From Tubiluchus corallicola (taxonomy: Eukaryota; Animalia; Priapulida), in NCBI GenBank assembly GCA_030141605.1, contig JAQGDQ010000187.1, forward strand, positions 186,001-250,000: DNA of 64,000 nt, in the 5' to 3' direction. The position numbers and the translations under genes were made by a program. Under the pieces are notes generated by a model. The model had not been told where the DNA came from. It was given only the letters and a program-made list of their open reading frames with translations, and made no database searches. Below are positions 1 through 11,778 of the stretch, piece after piece (position 1 is the stretch's first letter; every line of letters begins with the position of its first letter).

Positions 1-49
1 AAATGCAAAGCATCAGTTAAAAAGCCAGCTGTTACTACATCAATAAATC

Positions 50-700
50 ATGCCATCTTCTAAATATTCTACTATAAAATCGCATATCAGCTTGGTGGCA
101 TATATGATTTACAATTAAATTTGCGGATCCAATCATTCTTGTTCTGAAACTATAGGCAGAGTGATGCAATTTAAAATTTTTACATTGTTTTCTGCATATA
201 TTGTAGAAGATGGCGTATCATAAGCATAACATGTGAAAAGCAATGTTGTAAATGGCGCAGAACTTCGTTAAACTGCATACTTTGAATGCATAAGTTATTA
301 CATTATATGTTGTTACAGAACGAACGAAATAGCATAGTTTCCCATTTTGCACAAAAGCTAAATTTAGTTAACAACATATTATATCTAGCGATTAGCAAAC
401 GATTTTGGTCATGTATGTTTAAATCATCAGAAAGATCATTAGAAAGTACATGACCAAAGCACTTGAAGTCATTTTTAACACAGATTTCAACACCGTCAAA
501 AGTTACCCTGAGCGATATGGCGCATATTATTCGGAATAAGATATATACAATACATTTTAGACTCATTAAAAATTAAGCCACCATGATTATTTGAACAAAC
601 ATTTAAAATATTTCGTAACGCTTGCATAGAGGGAGCTAATATACACAAGTCATAAGTATGTGCAGCACTTTGGTAAGACGGGCCGAGATAGTTAATGCTG
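50..700 (-). mobile_element. Decayed L2/CR1-group LINE ORF2 fragment (end of RT plus C-terminal domain)
   Basis: Minus-strand frames read TYDLCILAPSMQALRNILNVC..FNESK (degenerate YADD region), then FKCFGHVLSNDLSDDLNIHDQNRLLIARYNMLLTKFSFC..LFRSFCNN, then SSTIYAENNV..YSFRTRMIGSANLIV. These match the post-RT motifs of L2-like LINEs, with frameshifts and stops. Confidence 0.75.
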
Positions 701-1639
701 AATTTGTGGACGGCTAGAAGTTAAGAGAAAATGGATGCAATATTGCAGTATTTAACTGGGCTGTGTCATTACCGAGTGACGTGGTAAAAGAAACAGCTAA
801 ATCATGTGTCAAAACTCGGGATACTTGAACACAAGTCTAACTACAAAAAGAGATGACTCCAATAAAACCATGTTGTTCAAGCATCGAGTAAAATCAGACT
901 GGGCCTATAGACTAAACGTGCTCAGTAACATTAACAAAACTTTAATGTCAGTTTTGTTCTAATATTAAGAACATGTACATTCTTGGTTGCCTGAGTTGCC
1001 TCGCTCCAACTAAAAACCAATCATTCTAAGAGTTTTATAGGGAAAACTATACTACTAGGGAAAGAGTCCTAAAGACTGCTGACGCTCGCTTTTGCAGTCC
1101 CAGCTTGTCCTTTATGTATTGAGCCACAAATACTTTCAGGATTTGCGAGCTTACTGTAGTTTATTTGAACGGATTTGCCAGTCGTGCGAAGGTTTTATTC
1201 AATTTGCACATATTTGTATTAGTGCAGTGCGCGTTTTCTTAGTAGTATTGACAGGCTGCCATTGGTTTGGTATTTCACTGGTGACATTTGCTTTCTAAAC
1301 CATTTACATGTTTGTAAGGTTACATCCTTGTGGTTCCACTGGCGCGGGGGGGGGCTTTGTGTTGTCCTGCCAATTTTATTTATGCTTACAACAAGGTGAT
1401 GTAGCTTTGTGATGTAGTAAGATTTTTGCATCCCGATTAACCCATTTTACATCTAACTCATTTAGCTTATAATTATGAAATGTCATCCTAAGAAGATTTA
1501 TTTATTTAGATATGTGTATGCACATGTTAAAATAAAAGCTAGTACGACTTTATCAGGGAATGCAGCAAGATTGTAGTACCATTGTACTAAAAGCACAAAG
1601 TGGTTAAATCTACCCAATACACCGCTAGGGTTTTTAAAT

Positions 1640-3106
1640 ACACGTTATTTCGAGACAAACTTTTTGGACACGTTAGTTGAACATAGAATATTTTGGAAAA
1701 AGGTTATTTTGACCAGACAGTCTGAACTTATATACGTTATTTTGACATAAGCTATTTTGGAAACAGTTTAATTGAACACATGGGTTATTTGGATATCTAC
1801 GCCATTTCAGACGCTAGTGTTTCAGACACATAGGATATTTGGCCATAAGTCATCACGAAAATCGAAACATAGATAATTTGGACATAGTTAGGTTTGATGT
1901 ATATAGGTTGCTTGTAGAAAAAAACCCTATTTCAGCTTCAAGTTCAATCCCGACATTTCATACATTTTTTTGTTTCGGCCATTTTGGATTCTAAAATTTA
2001 ATTACATCACCGTAGTAATTAATAACCTTGACATGGAGATTATAAATACATCAATAAACGTAATATATGGTTAATTTTGAAGTAGATTTGGACACATAAG
2101 AAACTTAGACACAGATAATTTGGACACATAAGCTGTTTACTCTCCAGTTACCACTTGGATTGAACGAACAAATGGTAACATTTAGCAAAATTGGTTCTTG
2201 GTTATACTACACCATGTTCTTATGGACAAGTGCATTTAAACCGTATTTTTGCAAAATCCCATCGTTAGATGAATAATGTATTTGTCTGAATAAGATGTTT
2301 TTTCTCGCCACGTTGAACCAAACTTCCCTAATAGTAACCGCAGCCTGCAGGCCAAAAATTACGTAAAAGATATTATGGTGTTTTCACATAATATGTGGAT
2401 ATCGCATGCGGCGACAGTAACTACGACAATTGCAGCAACTACGACAGATGTGATTGACACTGGACGGTGATTGCGTCAGATATGGCTAAATTTTTTTATG
2501 TGCATTTTAGATGTTCACGCTAAATTAAGAAACTGCAATGAAAAGGGTAATTGAGTGTGATAATTAAGTTGTTTAGGTCTTAATTAAGATCTGGCATCGG
2601 TAATTAACAACGAACATTGATAAGAGAAGTTTTTCTTGGAAGATTTTTTTATAAATTTTTAAATTGTTGATAATTTTTATCGCTAAAAAACTTTGTAAGT
2701 CGTACAGTTTTTCGTGTAATAAAGAATTTTGTCGAACTGATCGCAAATAATGAATAAATTTCGAGGCGTTTTTGTCACAGCTGATTTACTTTCAGTTTTA
2801 AATTAAAAACAAAAATAGAAACACAAAATGTAAAAGTAAACTTTTCTTCATCATTATCTTTCTTCTTATTATTAATAAATCACCATTCTCATCATCACCT
2901 CATCCTTACTATTACAATTGTACTTGGCACCCACCAGCTCCCACCAGCATCACCACTATCAATGGGCTATGGCCTTAACTAACCCATGTATCCAAATGAG
3001 CCATATGGCTGAATGACCCAGCGTCCAAACATCTGAATCAATTACGTGTCAATAATACTTTGTGTCCAAATCTTGTGTTCAAATTATCTGTGCCCAAATA
3101 ACCTAT
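1640..3106. repeat. Foldback-like structure: degenerate 15-17 bp tandem arrays (GGTTATTTGGACACATA) in inverted orientation
   Basis: The left arm (1640-2135) has repeated ttatttggacacata(g) units. The right arm (about 2978-3106) has their reverse complement, e.g. gacacagataatttggacacataag at about 2108 vs cttgtgttcaaattatctgtgcc at about 3072. Confidence 0.5.
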
Positions 3107-3198
3107 ATACATACATACATACATACATATATACATACATATATATATATACATATACATACATATAGTATATACATATAGTACATACATGCATATAG
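3107..3198. repeat. (TACA)n/(TA)n microsatellite
   Basis: Directly visible. Confidence 0.9.
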
Positions 3199-6021
3199 TA
3201 ATTTCACAGATAAATTTACAGAGTATCTGTACCCTGTATTTGTCAAACGGGTAGGCTTGTCATAAGTCCATATATGCGTGACTTTTTATCAAAATAGACC
3301 AAAATTTTTTGTTTGGAAAGTCAACGACGTGTTAATAGTTATAATCTTCGCTGGTGTGCACTATATTTTTAATAACATCATGTTGTTCGACGCGATGTAA
3401 ATTTTCAGTCACGTACATACCTTACAATAAGCTGCATTATGTATAGACCCCTTCTGGTTTTTCAGGCTCTTTTTCATTAATTTGCTTTAATTGCCCGCGT
3501 TATGTGCACCTGATACGTGATAAGTCAGATGCTCAGCAGGACAGGAAAGCAATATCTAAACAATATGTTAGTTTAGATAGCTGAAGAGAGATTTTCTTAG
3601 ATAGCTGCTAATTTTTTTAACTAATAAAATCCATGTTTACGGCTATAATCATGATTTTATTGTTAATCATAATGGAAGACAAACCTATTAAAAATTTTCT
3701 TAATTTCGTTATGTAGCGTTTCATTCATACAGAGAGTTAGAAACAAATTTAGAATTCGTATATGAGTGTAGATTGTGTCCAAACGGGGGTAAATGGGAAC
3801 GACTATACAAAGGGATGTTGCGGAATTGAGTTTTGCTAGTGAGATATCTGATAGCCTTAGCCATTTTTGGGTTTACACTTTAGCTAGACAAATCGTCCTG
3901 GGCAATAGATGACTATGCTGACTGGTAGATATTTAACACGTATGTTGTTAATATTGTGAATTCTGATATACTATATAAATCGAATATGTTCAAATTGTGG
4001 AATCAAGTTTTATCAAAAATTTCAATCTATATAAGTTTTTAGGGCCATTTTAGTAAATTTGTAACTATTTTTGTTATCGTCAATTATGTCAATTTTATCT
4101 TAGTTTTGCCTGTAAATATGTAAATATTTGTATATGGGATATTATTCCCTGAAATAAAAAATATAATAAAAATAATAATTTAGGCGGTCACATTTCCAAT
4201 CACTGACTTACGTTCGCTTTGTTTAACTTCGGTCGTCAAGCGCACACCGTGAGTACAGTACTCAGATTATTATTTACCCACATTATTTAGCATGTCGACT
4301 CTTTTTGCTAAAGTAGATTATATATCTAGTATGTATAAAGCGCAAAGAAGTTGATACCTAAATATGATTTTGCATTTTGCATCAATGCCTAATAGAGCAC
4401 GACGGCTTCTCTGGTGTAATTAAGGAATATTCGTCTTTCCATCTACAAAGCGCCCAGCGGGAAACAGTCACATTAGATAGGCCAACTTGTAATTCACATC
4501 ACAGTGTAAAAGCGTCCTTGGTGAATATTGCTGTCAAAATTATGTTTTGGGACTACGATTCGTCACGTGACCTGCAATGCTTTCATTAATCTGAGACTTC
4601 GAGAGTTCGAGTGTAACGTTATAGATTCAATGAAAAAAACACGTTATCACAGCTTTGCGAGAAAATAATTTGCATAGTTAAATTTCATATTTGGTTGGCA
4701 GCGGAAGCAGCAATCGATGGACAAACTGTCATCATTTGCAGGCCTGTTGTTGCCCGAGAATGTGGAACTCTTTCATTGAGCCTTTTTAACTTTTTGACGT
4801 ACACGGCTTTGGAGGTAACACTGAGTTGCCACAAAGCTATACAGTTGCAAGAGACTTCCTCTTTTACAGTGTACGTCTACGTAATATCCTTTGTCAATAC
4901 GACCAAAATACACTTTGTCAGTGTCACGCGATTTGCAGCAGGGCACTATACGTATTAATTTATTTGATTAGCGATCTAGTAATAAAATATTTTATGAACT
5001 TCTATTATGGAGCAGTGGTGATTAACTTGCTCTTCTTAAGTCTTACCGCAAAGTTTATGACTTCCGGAGAAATACCTTCAGTTTGCGAAAGGTTGGAAAT
5101 TTTTTTCGACTTTGACAACTTCTCATTTTCTCCTGCCGTAATAAGGACTAACTGAATAATACTGCAGTCTCTCGAAATTTCCTATATTTTTAACAACAAA
5201 GAATTTATTTACTGTTGCTTATGTTTGCACTATTTTAAGAAGAACATCGTTGTGCGGTAAAAAAGAGGCTATTTTCAGCTGTCTACATTTATTCGCAGCC
5301 TCACACAGAACCTATGCTCTAATTGCTTCTGGTTCAGTACCAATAGAGGTACAACACACAGCAGCTGTAAGTCTGTAACAGCTGACGTAGCACATTTCTT
5401 AAATTTAAGTATGATGCATCGTGATGCATATCTGGGAGTGCAGTATGTTTGGCATTGGTTATTTCTATGGTCTATGACTCCCGTTTTCTGAGAGAAATCA
5501 AACGTCGCATTATAAGATGATGTTAACTATTTTCTACATATCAGGGCAGTGGAATTAAGCATCCTACTGAAGCTTGAGTTCCTCAGATAATTATGCTGCG
5601 TCAATTGAGTTCAGAAAATTTGGATTTATGTTCCATCATGCTCGTTATACGATCGCTGTATATATAATTTTACTCATTTCTTCACGACAGAATGTCCAAA
5701 GGAACCTTTTTTCAATACAATGTGCAGTTTTCCATGATTCTTCTAGGGTTTCCAGGAATGATATAAAATGCAGACAAAAAGAGGGAAAGCTAGCCATTTC
5801 GTTAATCAAGATAAGAGCAGCAATAGTAGGAGTCGGTCTGTGGGCATAGTGTACAAAAAGTATGAATTATTCTCGTGTGAAGTACAAAAAAGAAAACAAT
5901 ACGGATTGAAAACATACGCTGCACCGTCCATTTGTCAAAACTGGACTATCACAAAGTTAGAATAAACGTTTCATGAAAATTATACGCGACACATTGTTTG
6001 ATGTGGCAAACGCGTAGATCT

Positions 6022-6130
6022 GGGGCCGGTGTCACAAAGCCGTCACTAACTTAACGACGTCGTTATTAATACTTAAGTGAATGTAATAACGACGTCGTTA
6101 ACTTAGTGGAGGCGTTGTAAAACTGGCCCC
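6022..6130. mobile_element. Near-palindromic MITE of about 110 bp, Harbinger/PIF-like termini
   Basis: ggggccggtgtcacaaagccgtcactaacttaacgacgtcgttatt pairs with aataacgacgtcgttaacttagtggaggcgttgtaaaactggcccc. The flanks ctg/cta fit an imperfect 3-bp TSD. Confidence 0.75.
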
Positions 6131-8399
6131 TAATTAAAATGATACATATATACAACAATTTAGTAATAAGATCGTTCTTTTCTTGGACATCTGCCGCAAA
6201 TTAAAAGCCGTTGTATTTGTTAGTGAGTGACGCAGTAATAGGGGATTTTTTGTTGAATGTTTTCTGCAGAAACTTTTGTTCGGCCCGAGCCACTTCTTGC
6301 TTACTGTGATGAGAAAACGTCACTTCTTATTCAAGCAAATGTCAATTGAAAATGACTTTGACATTTTCGCAGCGTCTGGAAATGAATAGCTGTTTGTCTC
6401 TCAGCTTTGCATCAGTATCTCAATTAACTTGCATTGTGCAGCTAGCTAAACTTTGATATGTGCATTAAATACCTATGCGGAGCTTAGTCTACACTACAGC
6501 ATTCTTTCTTTCCTTTTTTCAGCCAGGCTGACCAGTGGACCAGCTTACATTTGGATTTGCTTATGCTAACAGTAAACGACGTCTTTTTCTCGTTTTGGCG
6601 CGCATTCAGAAATGTCTTAACTTTTCGGCAATTATATGCACCAGTAACTATAAAATGTCGTCTATTACTAATGAGTATTTGCTATTGTATTTAGAGTTTT
6701 CGTGGGCCGTTGTCCTGGCTTTACTTAGACTTACTTAAATTTACTACTGCCTAGCTAACTGTGTGCAGGCCAGGTACACAATAGAACTGCTAGTCTACCA
6801 CAAACAGCAAGAGATTCAATCACTTATGAAGCTTTACTTTTTGTGACATTCTCGTGTACCTCCTTTGGGAAGTTGGGTGGCCGGTCAGTCGGTCGGTAGG
6901 TCAGTCAATTAGTCACTTAGAGAGTCAACCAGCCAACCTGCTAACAAGCAAAGCAAACAGGGAAATAAACAAAGTTTTAAGTTTTCACAAAGACAATAGG
7001 AAGTGTTTATATTTAAATTCATGTCAAAGCGACATGTAAAAATATAAAATCATGTGATCCGAAATATTCAGAACAATTCTCGGAATTATAATTAAAGGTT
7101 GTAAGCTATTAGACTTTAATATACTAGCACGTGGCTTTGCCAATATTTGCTTCGTTTTTAATTGTCTAATTAACACGCGTAAGAATAATGGATAGCTTAA
7201 ATAGACTACAATAATTTTAGTAACAAGTTTTATGGCGTGACTTAACCATTCCATCTTAACGTGTTTACGCCATTCTCTGCTTCGTCTTGGGGATATTAAT
7301 CCTTTTTAACTCACATTTAATGGTTAGGGAACTAAATTTTCTTGTCTGTTCTGCAAATAGAAGCCATCCGACTGTGAAGAGACAAGAGAAATTTCACATT
7401 TGGCGCTACTGTTAATGACGTAAATGCGGTTTATCACACTAGTATCAGCAGCTGCAAAGACGTTCTCTAAGCACCGTGAGTTTTTTTGCGAGATCAGTCG
7501 TTTATTTGCGCTTTTTGATTAAACTAGAAACGGAAGTGGTTGAATAACTAAAGCGATTTTGTTTAGTGTGTGGCCGCACAGAACGATTTGGAAGTAGGGC
7601 CACTTTAAAGCATGATCCGTCCAAGTGGTTTTGAATTTTTGCCTTTTGGCTTCACTGACGTCTGCATGAATGTGATTTGTTATATTACCCATCATTACTG
7701 CGTCTGTGTCATTAAATAATGAAAAGCGCCGTTTATTACCAGTAATTTACTTTCTAATCGCGACTCCTTGCGTTCAGTAATAAAAGATAGACTGACGGTA
7801 TTGATGTTAGTTGTTCAGTGTTTAGTTTCACCGATTCGGATTCGATTACCTTTCTACCTATTGTTACCTGATGAGCATGCACGGTGCGGCTTCTCATTAT
7901 AACAATGACCGTATATTATTACAAGGATTCCACGTTGGGTGCCACCGATTCACAATAACGTTTCTACCATCGCAGTTCGTTTGTTAACTACAAACGGCAG
8001 CTTAGCAACTGCTACAACAATTCAGCCTATATTTTATAAAAAATAATATTATGACCTTACCCTCGCTTGACAGTAAGTTTTTAATTGATATACAAATTAT
8101 TAGATCTAGGTAGTGATGAAAACAGGATGACAAAAAATAAAATTTTCGCAAATACAACCTGAGAAATTATGCAATTAATACGTTAACAGTGAAATAAAGA
8201 AAATAAGGCTGTGTTTCAATTTTTAAGAATTTAGTTGTAGGTAAATATGGCTAAAATTAATAGTAATCTTGAGGTAAGAGGCGTACATTGGCCTTATGTA
8301 GGTAATAATCACATCATTAATACTGAACAGAAAGAATCAGAATTGGAATTCAGTCACAATTCTTCGCTATCCACTAGTATGATCTATAATATCGACTCC

Positions 8400-9770
8400 A
8401 GCCGGATTAGTCTAAGCCATCGTTTACAAGAATTGTAATGGAATTCAACTTGTGGCACACTACAAAACAGTCTCTAAAGCAATCTACTACATTCCTTGTA
8501 TGTTATCACTTATTCTATATGACTTGTTGTCGCAGTTCCAGCAAAATTGTAAACAATGGTCTTGGAAAAACAGCAAACGCCTTTGTAATAAAGACATCCA
8601 TAGTACTAGATAGCTGTGAAATTTAGATTCGATTACGTTTTCGCTTAATTTGAATGTTCTTTTGTTGTTGTTTTTAAAAATCTTGATGATTTTTGTTTTA
8701 TATTGCTATTGTTCTAATAACCATAATTGTTCTAATTAACTGTTCATAACAAGTTGATTTTTTAATTGTGTTCCATGGAAATAGGAGCTGATTCTCTCTC
8801 TTTCTCGATTTCTCTCTTATTACATATTTGCTGATAATAATGTCTGTTGGCAAGTCCGGTATTCATTGTACGCCGCAACTACATGACAACCACTGGCCAT
8901 TTGATTATGTCAACGTGAATCCTGATGAGTGATGAACTGATGATATAATAATGGAGCAATAGGATTGCAAAGCCAAAGTGATAACATTTGATTAATATCT
9001 TCGTACATTAATAGCTGGGAGCTCGTGAAGAAATTATTACCGCTCCATCAATAGACTTTCAAGTTTTAACCATTGAAGCGATAGATGTTATTACATGTGT
9101 AGTAAGTTAAACTAGTAACTAATGTTGAAGAAGTAGATATGACTGAATGTGTAACTAGCATAGAATTAGTAGATGTGAGTGAATGTGTAACTCATGTTGA
9201 AGCAGTAGATGTGACTGAATGGATAACTAATGTGTAAGCAGTAGATGTGACTGAATATGTAGCAGGTTTTGATAGTTGCATCTGAATAACACTTTCTAAT
9301 TCAAACTGTAGTTCACTGCATCCCATTCAAGTAGGACTCGCCAGCTATGGTCGACACCCCGCCGTTTAGGAGGACACGCCGATCTCAAACTAGCCTGAAC
9401 CTGACACTGTGACTATTCAAGTCTCTTTCCGGAGAAGATGCAGTCATGTTACAGAGTTTTCTGATTCCAGCCTGTATAGTTAGGAAAGACTCTGCAGTGA
9501 CTCTGGTTCATCAAATCGAATTGGTTTTCCTTGCCATTAGTGCTGTGCAAGTTTCGTCAAATGTGTGCTATCCTGTATGCAAGGATACCATCACAACAAA
9601 CAAAACACTCACACCTTTTTACCTTCTTCTTTGATTTATGTCTATCACAGACAAACTATTTCTCTTTAATCATAACAGAGCACACGACAAGTAATGCGGA
9701 AGGCACACTGCTCGATCGAATGAACAGTGATCATTAGTTCACTGCATGTTTACATTGAATGCATGAAGCA
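8400..9770 (-). mobile_element. Highly decayed LINE ORF1-like remnant (CR1/L2 type)
   Basis: Fragmentary minus-strand peptides: SCIQCKHAV (PHD-like start), REIEK/RENQLLF-HG (resembles the ERRxxNLIxxG motif) and PRPLFTILLELRQQVI (resembles the RPRPIxVxF RRM motif). Many frameshifts. Confidence 0.35.
9073..9262. repeat. 36-bp minisatellite, four to five copies
   Basis: Units start at 9124, 9160, 9196 and 9232 (gttgaagcagtagatgtgactgaatgtgtaactaat-like). The minus strand reads as a 12-aa repeat, LVTHSVTSTAST. Confidence 0.85.
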
Positions 9771-10324
9771 ATAGAAAATTTGCGTTAATAAATTAATATT
9801 TTAATGGAATGTCTACTATGGTGCTTCAGTTATTCGGAATTTCTCTTATCCTAAGATTGTCAAGTGGACTTGATTCGGAGTTCTTAAAATTCCGTTTTTA
9901 AATTCTGTGATCTAAATTACAGCGTCATGATGTAAAGTTTTCATCACTCATTTCATCAAATCTTCTTTATTTTTTCAATCAGATTTTTCTTTTACAAAAT
10001 GCAACAGTATTTTCACTCATCTACTGCACGCAACGCATATAATTTGGACCGTTACCGCCGTTTGTAAGACAAATAAATTTTTATGATAAAAATCTAATTT
10101 CTTTTAAGTGTGCTCTTCAGCTGCCAGGGTTTCATTAGAAGACCGCAGCCCTGATCGTAAATGTATAGTTTTACTGTCATTCTGCAGTCTATGAAGCAAT
10201 ATAAAGATTATAAATACATCACTCTTGTAAGTCTTGTTACATAAACGTATTGTGACTTTGACATTATTATATCGTATTGTATTAAATATTTTGTAATAGG
10301 ATTATTATTTTCATGGCAGATATG

Positions 10325-10640
10325 TAATCAATATTTGAGTGGTTGCGGTGTGCGGTTGATGGCCGAAGTTAAACAACGCTGAGCGTGGTCACTGTGTGGA
10401 AGTGTTGTTTCTGTTGGTGGTTTCATCCATCACAGTGTACCTGTTGTTTACTTTGCTGAGAGAGGATGTGTATGAATCTGGACGTGGCCATCAAATTTCT
10501 GAGGGTTTAATACCTCATCTCGGAAGATTGGATATGATAATTAGCTAGGTTTCCGTCCTGCCACAATGGCAGACAGCTTGTAGAGTCCTGGCTTGCTAAG
10601 TTAAAAGCCACCGATGCCATGCAGGCACAAACCATTTTAC
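10325..10640 (+). mobile_element. 5S rRNA-derived SINE (SINE3-like), copy 1
   Basis: ccgaagttaaacaacgctgagcgtggtcactg resembles the animal 5S internal control region (CCGAAGTTAAGCAACGTCGAGCCCGGTTAGTAC). The body gaggatgtgtatgaatctggacgtgg..ctcatctcggaagattggatatgata aligns with copy 3. Confidence 0.6.
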
Positions 10641-10769
10641 GCGACCGGTTTAAACTTGTAAGCCTCTTGTCCTACACGTAAATCCTTCAAGTGAACTTCA
10701 AGCGAAAAACAATTATTATCTGAATTATAAATGAAATGAACATTGTTAGGCATGTAAAAATTTTCTACG

Positions 10770-11106
10770 GTGCAAGAGTAGCCAAGATGTCGCGATGTGT
10801 GCTTGGTGACCGAAGTTAAGTAATGTTGAAGCTTGTCAGTAAATGGATGAATAATTGCTCGCACTGGTTGCTCCATTCGCCATATTGATTGTAGCGACGA
10901 TCCATGTAGCGACGATATAGATTAGGTGACGATGCATGCTCAGTCTAACTTGGCTTAGAAGCCTCAGTCGATTCAGTATCTCATTTTTGATGCATAGCTT
11001 TGATAATGACCCAGTTCCAGTATCGCCACAGACATTCACATTGAGTAGGCCGCGCCACTGAATATTGGATTTCGGCTTGCAGCGTGCTGAGTTGTATAAA
11101 TAAAAC
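10770..11106 (+). mobile_element. 5S rRNA-derived SINE (SINE3-like), copy 2
   Basis: gtgaccgaagttaagtaatgttgaagcttgtcagtaaatggatgaataattgc matches 5S boxes A/IE/C. The 3' end agacattcacattgag..tggatttcggcttgcagcgtgctgagttgt aligns with copy 3, followed by an A-rich tail. Confidence 0.65.
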
Positions 11107-11585
11107 GCTTTGCTAATACTATCGCACTGTTTTCTGGTACCCATTGTAGAATTTATACAGATTTCATCAGGAATTGAGGAGTCATTACTAAGTGTACCGT
11201 AGAAAAAGGGGAAGGCGATTTGTGACATAATCTAAGCTGTGCCAGTGTCGTAATAGGTAAGATTTCACCAATAGCTGAATTTTCCCCGACATACAGCTTT
11301 TCCGCAATCCTGTTGCAATAACATTAAAAATTGAATTTGCGGTGCCAAATGAAAGCATTGGACATAGCACTTTACGGTACCCCTAAATTTATAGAAAGGC
11401 GTTTGACCAATGTTTATATAGCATTAAATCCGAATGCTTTGATCAAATATTGATAAATGCGCAAGTCTTTGATTTCGTTTCGATAGACTCTAAGTTTATA
11501 GTATTGCCAAGAGTTTGTGAGACGGTGAGTTTCTAAGTGTGTAATACTATGTATGATGTTGAAAGCCGTTACTGTTGACTTATAT

Positions 11586-11778
11586 AAAGAAAAAGAGAAG
11601 AGGGGAGAAAGCGAAATAATGAAGAAGAGAAGAAAGAGGTGAGGAGAGGAGAAGAGAAGAGAAGGGAGAACAAAAGGTGCGGCAGGGGAAAATGAAAAGG
11701 CTAGGGAAAGCGTGCAAAAGGAAAAGGGACGGAAAAGCAACCAAAAGCACGGTGAAAAAGGCGGAGACAAGGACGAGG
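11586..11778. repeat. Purine-rich (GA) low-complexity tract
   Basis: Almost pure A/G run on the + strand. Confidence 0.8.

Noticed and set aside
9124-9262. 36-bp periodicity as a CRISPR array
   Set aside because: Contiguous tandem units without unique spacers, no cas genes, eukaryotic context.
10360-10400. Functional 5S rRNA gene
   Set aside because: Only the internal control region is similar, the 5S ends are missing, and it is fused to a shared SINE body.
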